DNA of 64,000 bases, taken from the NCBI GenBank assembly GCA_963755025.1, contig CAVWIH010000014.1, forward strand, positions 352,001 through 416,000, written 5' to 3'. Below, in pieces: positions 42,508 through 50,569 of this stretch. Source of the stretch: an uncultured Actinomycetes bacterium (GTDB taxonomy: Bacteria; Actinomycetota; Thermoleophilia; UBA2241). Position 1 is the first letter of the stretch; each line of letters starts with the position of its first letter. A program made the translations under genes and the position numbers. The notes under the pieces are model-generated. The model saw only the letters and a list, made by a program, of their open reading frames with translations, had not been told where the DNA came from and ran no database searches.

Positions 42508-43991
42508 CGCAGCTCCTGGTCGGCGGCGGCGACGATGCGCCGCAGCTCCCGTACCTTGTCGTCGGCAAGCGGCGTGGGCACGTAGTGCTCGAGAATATCG
42601 AGCCCGCGCTCGCGAGCGACCTCGACGGGGTTGCGGTAGTGGACGCCGTCGGGGCCGATCTCCTGTCCGATCGAGCGCTCGACGGTCTCTTTCATGTGCC
42701 GCCGGGTATGCGGCTGACCCAAAAAGTGCCCGCCCGGCCCCACCGCGTCGATCACGTCGAGGGCCAGCGTCTCCTCGTCTAACTCGACGTCCTTGAAGGC
42801 GTTGGCGGCGCGGTGGTAGAGGTCGTCGTCGAGCATCATGTGCTCGGGGGTGAACAGCTGATAGCGATTGGTGAGGCCGATCGTGGTCATGAGCTCCGAG
42901 CCGACGAGGCTCGCCACCATCAGCGTGTGCGCCGTCTCGGCGGCGGCCAGCCAGGTGCCCGGCAGGTCGTCGTCTGTGCCAGCGTACCCGCTCATCGCCG
43001 GCAGGCCGAAGTGGTGCACCAGCTCGGTCGGCAGGAAGAGGCCGCGATGGTTGAGCGGCGCCGTCGTCAGCGCGGCCGTGCGCGGATCGGCGTGCACCGG
43101 CAACGGAAAGAGGATCACCGGCGCGCCCGGGTGGGCGAGCTGGATGAGCACGGTGGCGCTGATGAGCTCGGCGAAGCCCATGACGTAGGCGCCGGCCTTG
43201 GTCGCCGGCGCCGTGGTGCCGAAGGTCGGCATGGTCACGAAGCACACCGGAATGCCGGCCTCGGCAAAGACGAGGGCCGCTTCGATCCCGTCCTTGTCGT
43301 TGACCAGCGGCTGCACGGTGCCGATCAGGTCGCTCATCGGCGGCCGGCGCCGCAGCTCCTGCGGGCCGCCGGCGACGACCGTCGCCATCTCCACGGCGTA
43401 GCGCGCCTCGCGCTCGCCCTGGACCATACCCTGGAGGTGCTTGCCGGTGTTGTTCCAGGCCGCCTCCAGCTCGTGCAGCGTGTGCGTGTCGCCGCAGTCG
43501 GCGGCGGCCACGTTCGGCCACCAGAACTGCAGCGAACCGAGGTAGTCGATCATGCGGGTGATGGCTTCGAGGTCTGTCTTGGTCGGCTGGCGGCGCACGC
43601 CGTCGTGCCAGTCGATGACCTCGGTGCCGCAGCCGTTGGTGGTGTTGAAGGTGTCGCCGCCGGCGAGGTCGAGGTCGCGCTCGCCGTCGCGCGAGCCCAG
43701 CCAGAAGTCGCGCGGCGCGCTCGCCAGGGCGCGCGTCACCAGGTCGGGCGAGAGGCGCGCGATCCCCGTGGCGCGGTCGACGCGCGCGCCGTGCTCCTCG
43801 AGGATGGCGAGCGTCTTGGGCGAGGCGAAGCGCACGCCGGTGCGCTCCAGCACCTGCAGCACCGCGTCTTTGTAGCGGTCGAGTCGCGCGCGGTCGTAAA
43901 AGGTCGCCTTGAAGTCGGAGCGCAGCGGCAGGAGTGGTTGCGGCCGGCTGAGGTCGAGGTGGGAACGGCCGAGGTCGAGTTGGCTAGTCAT
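42504..43991 (-). CDS. Non-pyrrolysine MttB-superfamily methyltransferase (mttB3, 495 aa)
   Basis: VLERTGVRF, TTAPATKAG, GLPAMSGYAGTD (no amber at the Pyl-equivalent site), VGPGGHFLGQPHTRRH; ATGA overlap with the mtbB stop. Confidence 0.85.
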   Translation of the reverse strand: MTSQLDLGRSHLDLSRPQPLLPLRSDFKATFYDRARLDRYKDAVLQVLERTGVRFASPKTLAILEEHGARVDRATGIARLSPDLVTRALASAPRDFWLGSRDGERDLDLAGGDTFNTTNGCGTEVIDWHDGVRRQPTKTDLEAITRMIDYLGSLQFWWPNVAAADCGDTHTLHELEAAWNNTGKHLQGMVQGEREARYAVEMATVVAGGPQELRRRPPMSDLIGTVQPLVNDKDGIEAALVFAEAGIPVCFVTMPTFGTTAPATKAGAYVMGFAELISATVLIQLAHPGAPVILFPLPVHADPRTAALTTAPLNHRGLFLPTELVHHFGLPAMSGYAGTDDDLPGTWLAAAETAHTLMVASLVGSELMTTIGLTNRYQLFTPEHMMLDDDLYHRAANAFKDVELDEETLALDVIDAVGPGGHFLGQPHTRRHMKETVERSIGQEIGPDGVHYRNPVEVARERGLDILEHYVPTPLADDKVRELRRIVAAADQELR

Positions 43992-45388
43992 GACGTCACT
44001 CCCGTCAGGGTCGTGTGGCGCTTGAAACACTCCACCGAGTTCACCGGCACGTCGAGCGTCTCTGCGATATGGAACTTGGCCGCGATGGCGCCGGGCTGGT
44101 CGGGGTAGGTCAGGTCCTGCACCGGGATGCGGCCAAGTCCGAAGTCGCGGCGCAGGTCGTGCATGGCGATCGTGTCGCTCAAGTCGAGCACCGAGCAGCC
44201 GAGCTTCTCGGCGACGTAGCGCTTGGCCTGCGGGAGACGCATGCCTCGGGTGATCTGCATGCGGGCTACCAGGTCTCCGGCGGTCCGCATTCCGCCCATA
44301 CCCGAGGCGAGCGCGTGAGTGGAGGCTATCCCCAAAGGATCCCCCACGCCTACCTACAAGCCGTCGAGCTTGAGGATGTCGACCAGCGCGCGTGAGGCGC
44401 GCGACGTGGCGTCGACCGGAGGGTAGGGGCTCATCGGCACGCCGCCCACACCCATGCCGGCGTTCATGTGGACGGGGATGGTCGCCTCGGCGGTCACCGG
44501 CTTCACGAGCGCGCAAGCGCGCGCCGTGTTCCAGGCCAGCGACTTGGTGGTGTTCACGTTGACCGCCGGACCGAAGATCGTGGCGCCGGCCGCCGTGACG
44601 GCGCGCAGCTGGTCGAGCGGCCACATGCCGGCGAGGCGGCGGCCCTCGTACTCGAGCTCGCCGTGCATGCCGAGCACGAGCTCGCCGGCCTGGCCGACCT
44701 CGACCCCGATGTCGGGCCAGCGATCGCGGACCTGCCTGACGACCCGCAGCGTAGCCAGCAGGTCGGCGTCGCCGGCCGCGCCGGCCGTGTCGAAATCGAG
44801 GCCGTCGGCGCCGGCCGCGATCATGGTCTCGGCGACGATCAGCATGTCGTGCTCAAGGAGGCCGACGGCCTCTTCCTGGGCGCGGCGCGCTTCTTCGATC
44901 TTGCCCAGGGGCAGCAGCTGCGACCAGTTGTCGGCGGGGCCGTCGGGCTTCGAATAGCGGCCGAGGTCGGGCATGGCGCCGTAGTTCAGAGGGACCACCG
45001 TCTGCAGTTGGGCGTCCTTCATCATCTGCGCCTGAAACGAGAGCACGGTGCGCACGGCCTTGTAGGAGTAGTCGAGGTGCCAGAGCTCGAGCGAGTCGGC
45101 GCCGTGGTGGTTCTGGTAGACGAGCTGCTCGGTGACCGGATGCCCCAGGTCGCCGTTGCCGGCACCGTCGAAGCTGAGCACGACCTCGTCGCCGTAGTCG
45201 ACCGCGGTGAACTTCGATGGCGAGGTGAAGATGTCCAACAGGTGCGCGAGCTCGTCGGCGGCGAGCGGCTCCACCTTGGCGCGCCGCACCGCGGCCGCGA
45301 CTCCGGCCTCGAGGTCGGCCTCGATCTCGGCCGGCGTCATCTCGGCAAGGGAGCCGTCTCCGAGGCGTGTGGGTATGCGATGCGCCAT
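43988..45388 (-). CDS. mtbB: Dimethylamine:corrinoid methyltransferase, pyrrolysine-containing (466 aa, Pyl345)
   Basis: TRLGDGS, DYSYKAV, YGAMPDLG, DFDTAGAAGDAD; then LKLDGL-TAG(44356-44354)-VGVGDPLG...SGMGGMRTAGDLVARMQ...AKRYVAEKLG, the canonical MtbB Pyl context. Confidence 0.92.
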
Positions 45389-45418
45389 CGTCCCCCAGTT
45401 TCGTTCGCGGATTCTTAC

Positions 45419-45476
45419 TTAGTTACCTAACTAACTCCTGGCGCGCACGATACCGGGGACCCGGCGGGCGTGTCAA
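45419..45476 (-). promoter_or_regulatory. mtbB promoter with the same palindromic operator
   Basis: TTGACA (45476-45471), 18 nt, TATCGT (45452-45447); TTAGTTA-CC-TAACTAA at 45419-45434. Confidence 0.75.
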
Positions 45477-45564
45477 GGCTGCGGCGAGCGGGGCGGCGGG
45501 CGGGGGTCGGCGACACGTGCGCCGACGCTCGGATCGATCGGAGCGCGAGCCTGCGCGGGCGCCT

Positions 45565-46689
45565 CTACACGCGCGCCAGGCCGGCTCCCTCGACGAGGGA
45601 GCGCAGCTTGGCCCACGCCACGGTCGGGGTGACCTGAGGCCGGCCGACGAACGTACCGAAACCGCAGTCCGTACCCGCCACCACGCGCTCCGCCCCGACC
45701 ACCGAGGCGAACCGCTCGAGGCGCTGGGCGACCAGTTCGGGGTGCTCGACGAAGTTCGAAGTCGAGTCGATCACGCCGGGTATCAGGTACTTGCCCTCGG
45801 GCAGCGGCCGCCCGGCGAACACGGTCCACTCGTGACCGTGACGAGGGTTGCTGGCCTCGATCGACAGGCCGAGCGGCGTTGCGTCGAGCACGACGTCGAT
45901 GATGTCGGCCAGGGGGACGTCGTGCGTGTGGGGGCCTTCGTAGTTGCCCCAGCACAGATGCAGGCGCATGCGTTCGGGGGAGATGCCGCGCGTCGCGTGG
46001 TTGAGCGCCTCGACGTTGAGCGCGATGTCGCGGCGGAACTCCTCGAGACTGAGGCCGGCGAAGACCGTGTGTCTGCCGGCCGCCAGGTCGGGACAATCGA
46101 GCTGCAGCGTCACGCCGGCATCGACGATCGCTTCGTACTCCGGCCTCATCGCCTCGGCGAGCGCGCCGAGGTACTGCTCGCGATCGCCGTAAAAGCGGTC
46201 CTCGAAGAAGAGCGCGATCACGCCGGGCGAGGCGGCCGTCATGAACAGCTGGCCCATGTCTGCGCCGGCCGCGCTCGCCGCGGCGCGCAGGTTCTCGAGG
46301 TCGCGCCCCACGGCCTCGTCGTCGCGCCGCCGCACCGGCCCAGTGCAGGCCGGCGTGCGCACCTGCAACCCGCTCAAGACGAGGCCCATGCGCTCGGCGT
46401 CGTCGGGAAAGTCGGCAAGCTCGGCCAACGGCGAGAGGCCGCCGGGCTCTCCTGCGAAGCCGGTCAGGCGGTCCTTGATGTACGTCGAGTAGCCGACCTT
46501 GCTCTGTTCGCCGTCGTTTACGATGTCGAGCCCGATCTCGGCCTGAAGGCGCACGGCCTCGGCGACCGCGGCCGTCACTCGCTGCTCGAGTCCGGCGGGC
46601 GTCCCACCTTCGTCGCGCTCGACGACCATCGCCGCGAGGTCGGCCGGCCGGGGCAGGCTGCCGGTATGTGTCGTGAGAATGCTTGCCAC
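45565..46689 (-). CDS. Cobalamin-independent methionine synthase II-like protein (MetE catalytic-domain / epoxyalkane:CoM transferase family)
   Basis: TTHTGSLPRP, VNDGEQSK, HLCWGNYEGPH, SIEASNPRH, GTDCGFGT (Zn ligands). Confidence 0.88.
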   Translation of the reverse strand: MASILTTHTGSLPRPADLAAMVVERDEGGTPAGLEQRVTAAVAEAVRLQAEIGLDIVNDGEQSKVGYSTYIKDRLTGFAGEPGGLSPLAELADFPDDAERMGLVLSGLQVRTPACTGPVRRRDDEAVGRDLENLRAAASAAGADMGQLFMTAASPGVIALFFEDRFYGDREQYLGALAEAMRPEYEAIVDAGVTLQLDCPDLAAGRHTVFAGLSLEEFRRDIALNVEALNHATRGISPERMRLHLCWGNYEGPHTHDVPLADIIDVVLDATPLGLSIEASNPRHGHEWTVFAGRPLPEGKYLIPGVIDSTSNFVEHPELVAQRLERFASVVGAERVVAGTDCGFGTFVGRPQVTPTVAWAKLRSLVEGAGLARV

Positions 46690-46708
46690 GGCTACCTCCG
46701 GGGCCGCC

Positions 46709-47464
46709 CTACACCGATGCTCCGCTCTTGACCGCGGCCAGATCGGCTTGCAGAGTGGCCATGTCGAGCCCCGGCGGGTCGCCCTGGCCCCACGAGGGCA
46801 GCAGCACGGCGTAGGCTTCGTCGCAGTACTTGGCGAGGAATGCCCAGCTCGCCTTGATCGTCTGACCCCAGGTCACGATCGTCACGCCTTCGGCGGTCAC
46901 ATAGCCGGCCGTGATGACGCAGTGGCCGTTGTCTTCGTTCACCGGCGCCGTCGTGTCGGTCCAGTCGACGACCTTGGGCAGGGCCCTGACCACGCTGTCG
47001 GGCAGCGTCACCCCGATGTAGGCGAAACCGAAGAGATACACCGCCTGCCGCCAGTGGTCGTGGCTGCTCGGGTCGAAGGCGACGTAGGGGCCGCACCGCT
47101 GGCCGGCGACACCGGTCTCCTGCCAGTACTTGAGCACGTCGAGCATGTTCGCGCCGCGGTCGGTATCGGGCTTCCCGGGTACGTAGCCGGTGATCGCCGA
47201 GTAAGCTGCCAGCACCTGTGGCACGGTGATCGACGAAGGCGACTTCTCGCCGTAGGCGTCGCCGATCTGCTCCGCGTGACCGGCGGCCGCACACGTGCAG
47301 TCGCCCACGGTGTCGTTGCCCAGCATCCCCCAGCTCTCGCCGATCTGCGTGTAGTCGGCGGCCGCCGGGATCGGCGGAAGCTGCGGGGTCAGGTAGTTCG
47401 TCAACCAAAGTCTGCGCTCGAGTCTGGCCGGGTCGCTTGGCAGGCGTCCGAGTGCGTAGCTCAC
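46709..47464 (-). CDS. Papain-like cysteine peptidase-type hypothetical protein
   Basis: MLGNDTVGDCTCAAAGH...NGHCVITAGY...VTWG; GTG start after AAGGA. Confidence 0.6.
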   Translation of the reverse strand: MSYALGRLPSDPARLERRLWLTNYLTPQLPPIPAAADYTQIGESWGMLGNDTVGDCTCAAAGHAEQIGDAYGEKSPSSITVPQVLAAYSAITGYVPGKPDTDRGANMLDVLKYWQETGVAGQRCGPYVAFDPSSHDHWRQAVYLFGFAYIGVTLPDSVVRALPKVVDWTDTTAPVNEDNGHCVITAGYVTAEGVTIVTWGQTIKASWAFLAKYCDEAYAVLLPSWGQGDPPGLDMATLQADLAAVKSGASV

Positions 47465-47549
47465 AGCGTGTTCCTTCCACCCAATGCTGGCATGCGCCGT
47501 CTCTTCGTTTCGCCGCCCGGGCGTTCCTTCAACCCGTTTGCCCCGCACG

Positions 47550-47660
47550 GCGGCGAGGCCGCGCCGCGGAGCGGGCGGGCACGCCGGCACGACGGCGCGG
47601 CCGCGCCGCGGAGCGAGCGGTCGCGCCGGCGCGACGGCGAGGGCGCGCCGCAGAGCGGGT
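47550..47660. repeat. Degenerate GC-rich tandem repeat of about 42 bp
   Basis: CGGCG(A/C)GG(C/G)CGCGCCGC(G/A)GAGCG x3. Confidence 0.5.
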
Positions 47661-48226
47661 CACGCGCCCGCGGTCACGGCCTTCAACTCGTCGAGCGACT
47701 CTCGGATGAGCTGCGCCAGGTCGTCGTTGTCGGCCCCGCCGACCCAGCGCTCGAAGGCGATCTTGAAGACCGCGATCCCCGCTTCAGCCGCCAGGCTCGC
47801 AGCCGGGTCTTTGACGCCGCGCCGGCGCAGCGCCCCGGCGATCGCCGCGGCAAGCGATGCGAGCTTGATCAATTCGCGCTCCTGAAGCGCGGCGTTCGCG
47901 GCGATCACGGCCTGGCGCCGCCGGGCGTAGTCGCGGCGCTCCTCGAACACGGCGCCGGCGGCTTCGAGGGCGGCGGCGACCGCGTCGAGCGGCGCCGCGG
48001 TATCGGGCGCGCCCGCAACGGCGCTCACGAGGAGCTCCTGGAGGGCGCTTGCGCCCGCGAACAGGACCTCGCGCTTGTCGGTGAAATACCGGAAGAAGGT
48101 GCGCTCGGTGAGCCCCGCCTGCCTGGCGATCTCGACCACCGTGGTCTGCTCGAACCCGCGCTCGATGTAGAGCTCGAGTGCCGCCTGTTCGAGCCGTGCG
48201 CGCGCGTTTGGCTCCCATCGACCCAT
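47660..48226 (-). CDS. TetR family regulator
   Basis: MGRWEPNARARLEQAALELY...GLTERTFFRYFTDKREVLF. Confidence 0.9.
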   Translation of the reverse strand: MGRWEPNARARLEQAALELYIERGFEQTTVVEIARQAGLTERTFFRYFTDKREVLFAGASALQELLVSAVAGAPDTAAPLDAVAAALEAAGAVFEERRDYARRRQAVIAANAALQERELIKLASLAAAIAGALRRRGVKDPAASLAAEAGIAVFKIAFERWVGGADNDDLAQLIRESLDELKAVTAGA

Positions 48227-48242
48227 GGCCGCGATTGTACCC

Positions 48243-48289
48243 GATGACAGTGACCGACATCGGGTATAGTGATGACGGTTACTGACATC
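48243..48289. promoter_or_regulatory. Tandem TetR-type operators flanking a -10 box
   Basis: GATGACAGTGACCGACATC (48243-48261) and GATGACGGTTACTGACATC (48271-48289) around TATAGT. Confidence 0.65.
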
Positions 48290-48346
48290 AGTCTGTCGTC
48301 GGCCCCGCTCTCCGAGGCTCGGACAGGCGATCACCTGGAGGCACTC

Positions 48347-49280
48347 ATGCGTGTATTCGTCACCGGCGCGTCCGGCTGGATCGGCTCCGCCGTCGTTCCC
48401 GAGCTCATCGGAGCCGGCCATCGAGGTCGTCGGCCTGGCTCGCTCAGATGCCTCTGCCGTGGCCCTTGCCGCCACCGGGGCAGAGGTGCAGCGCGGCACG
48501 CTCGACGATCTCGATGTCCTGCGCGCCGCGGCCGCCGCGTCAGACGGCGTCATCCACCTCGCCTTCAAGCACGACATCGCCTTCTCGGGCGACTTTCAGG
48601 GCGCCGCCGACGCCGATCGCCGCGCCGTCGAGACCATCGGCGAGGCGCTCGCCGGCTCCGACCGGCCGTTCGTCATCGCTTCGGGAGTGCTCGGCCTCGC
48701 ACCGGGACGGGTGGCGACCGAGCGGGACGGCCACGGCCTCGACCCGGCTGCGGTCGCTCAGGGCGGTCCCCAGACCCGGCACGTCACCTCCGAGTTCGTG
48801 CTCTCTCTCGCCTCGCACGGCGTGCGCTCGTCGGTCGTGCGGCTTGCTCCAACGAATCACGGCGACGGCGACCACGGCTTTCTCGCGGCCATCGTGGGCA
48901 TAGCTGGCGACAAGGGCGTCTCAGGCTACATCGGCGACGGGTCCAGCCGCTGGCCCGCCGTGCACCGGCTCGACTCCGCGCACCTCTTCTGCCTGGCGCT
49001 CGAGCAGGCGCCGGCGGGATCGACCCTGCATGCGGTGGCCGACGAGGGCGTGCCGATCCGCGACATCGCCGAGGTGATCGGGCGGCGCCTGCAGCAGCCG
49101 GTGGTCTCGATCGCACCCGGCGACGCGGCCGCACACTTCACCTGGCTGGCCGACCTCCTGGTGCTCGACAGCCCCGTCTCGAGCGCGCTGACCCGCGACC
49201 TGCTGGGCTGGGAGCCGGCGCAACCGGGACTCATCGCCGACCTCGACCAGGGCCACTACTTCGACAAGCCGACCGCCTGA
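48347..49280 (+). CDS. NAD-dependent epimerase/extended SDR; apparent frameshift near 48420
   Basis: MRVFVTGASGWIGS, then VVGLARS...DGVIHLAF...WPAVHRLD in another frame. Confidence 0.85.
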
Positions 49281-49446
49281 GCGGCGCGAGTCGCGTCGCA
49301 GAAGGCGCTCGCGGCGGCGGGCCCCAGGAGCGCCGGCGTACTTTGCCCCGCCACGAGGCCTGCCGATACACTCCGTGAGATCGGGGCGAAAGCGCCCATT
49401 CCGTAGCGACTAAAGGGTCCGGGGCCGGCCTCGAGGAGCTGAGACG

Positions 49447-49731
49447 TTGATCTCACTGGTCGTCAACGTAGCTCTCGCTGTGCTGCTTGTGGCCGCGTGC
49501 CTGGCCGTCGGCATGAAACTGCGCGGCGTGCCCGTCAGATACGTCGATATCATCGTCATCGCCGCGCTGTGCACCGGCCTCGCCCTGCTGCCGAGCGTCG
49601 GTTGGGCCCTCGGCACACTGATCATGTTCCTCCTCGTCACCCGAGCGGAAGACGTCGACCCATGGCCCGACATGGTCGTGCTTGCGGTCGCGGCGAACGT
49701 GGTGTGGATGTTCGTGCTCGGCACCCTCTGA
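49447..49731 (+). CDS. Small membrane protein
   Basis: Hydrophobic, 3-4 TM; GAGGAG RBS before TTG. Confidence 0.55.
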   Translation: MISLVVNVALAVLLVAACLAVGMKLRGVPVRYVDIIVIAALCTGLALLPSVGWALGTLIMFLLVTRAEDVDPWPDMVVLAVAANVVWMFVLGTL

Positions 49732-49794
49732 CCGACATCGTGCCGGAGCGTCCCGGGTTCTGACCCCGGAGCCCTTGCGGCGCCAGACGGCAGG

Positions 49795-50241
49795 TCACTG
49801 TTTGGGACCCTCCTTGCCGTTGTTCTCCGGGTCGTCGTCGTGCGCGGCCCGCAGATCGTCGGCCTGCACGGCCCGCGAGTCGTCGAGCGATGAGAGCACC
49901 GCGTCGTCGGCAGCCGTCGCCAGAGCGGTCAGGAGTTCATCGGTGGTCTGGGTGGCATCGTCGCCAAAGCCATGGCGCGTGATGATGTAGTGCTCCTCCT
50001 CAAGAAAGTCGCCCACCGCCTCGTCGCCCGCCTCGTAGAGACGCACCAGCCGCCGCAACCGGGGATCGTGGTCGGGAAGGGCCGCGACATCGCGAGCCGC
50101 CGCGCGCAACGCGTCGGCCGAGCGGTCGTTGCGCCCGTCTTTCGGGTACTCCGCCGCCTTCGAGGCGCGCCACTCCGCGGCGTCTTCGAGGCTGTGGACG
50201 AGTTGTTCACGGTAGTCGCGAACGTTGTTGATCTCTGTCAT
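49795..50241 (-). CDS. Hypothetical protein; paralog of 12795-13220
   Basis: GGGGAGGAG RBS; AEWRASKAAEYPKDGRNDRSA...ALPDHDPRL...RHGFG. Confidence 0.7.
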   Translation of the reverse strand: MTEINNVRDYREQLVHSLEDAAEWRASKAAEYPKDGRNDRSADALRAAARDVAALPDHDPRLRRLVRLYEAGDEAVGDFLEEEHYIITRHGFGDDATQTTDELLTALATAADDAVLSSLDDSRAVQADDLRAAHDDDPENNGKEGPKQ

Positions 50242-50569
50242 CGCGCTCCTCCCCTGACCGCGCCCCGGCTCGTCCTGTGGCGCCCGAATCGCCCCAACCT
50301 CGCCCGATCGCGCAGTCGCACACCCTGGCAAGCGCCGGCGTGAGTATTCCCCCGGGCGTGGTAGCTCGCGCCGTAGCACGTCACAAGTTGCTGAAAGGCC
50401 AACGCCTTGAGTGCGGCGAGGTCGGGGTAGCTAAGGCCACCGGGCCACCGCCTGCCGAGGCCGCCCGACGGCGGGCGCCCTCGGCAGGCCTCGCGCGCCG
50501 GCCGGACGCCTCGAACAGGGCGACGACGGCCGCCGATGCGCCCGCCAGAACGACGAGGAGCCACTCACG

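Noticed and set aside
43992-44624. 211-aa N-terminal extension of mttB3 in the ORF track
   Set aside because: It overlaps mtbB in another frame. The ATGA overlap at 43991 gives a normal-length MttB.
31535-45388. Treating mttB1, mttB2 and mtbB as nonsense pseudogenes or split genes
   Set aside because: Three TAGs fall at the known Pyl positions of two different families, and the sequence after each TAG remains conserved and in frame.
45389-45567. Read-through fusions at other TAG stops (MetE-like to mtbB, potC to CocE, mmsA to ferritin-like, peptidase to MetE-like)
   Set aside because: The downstream start codons are out of frame with the TAG.
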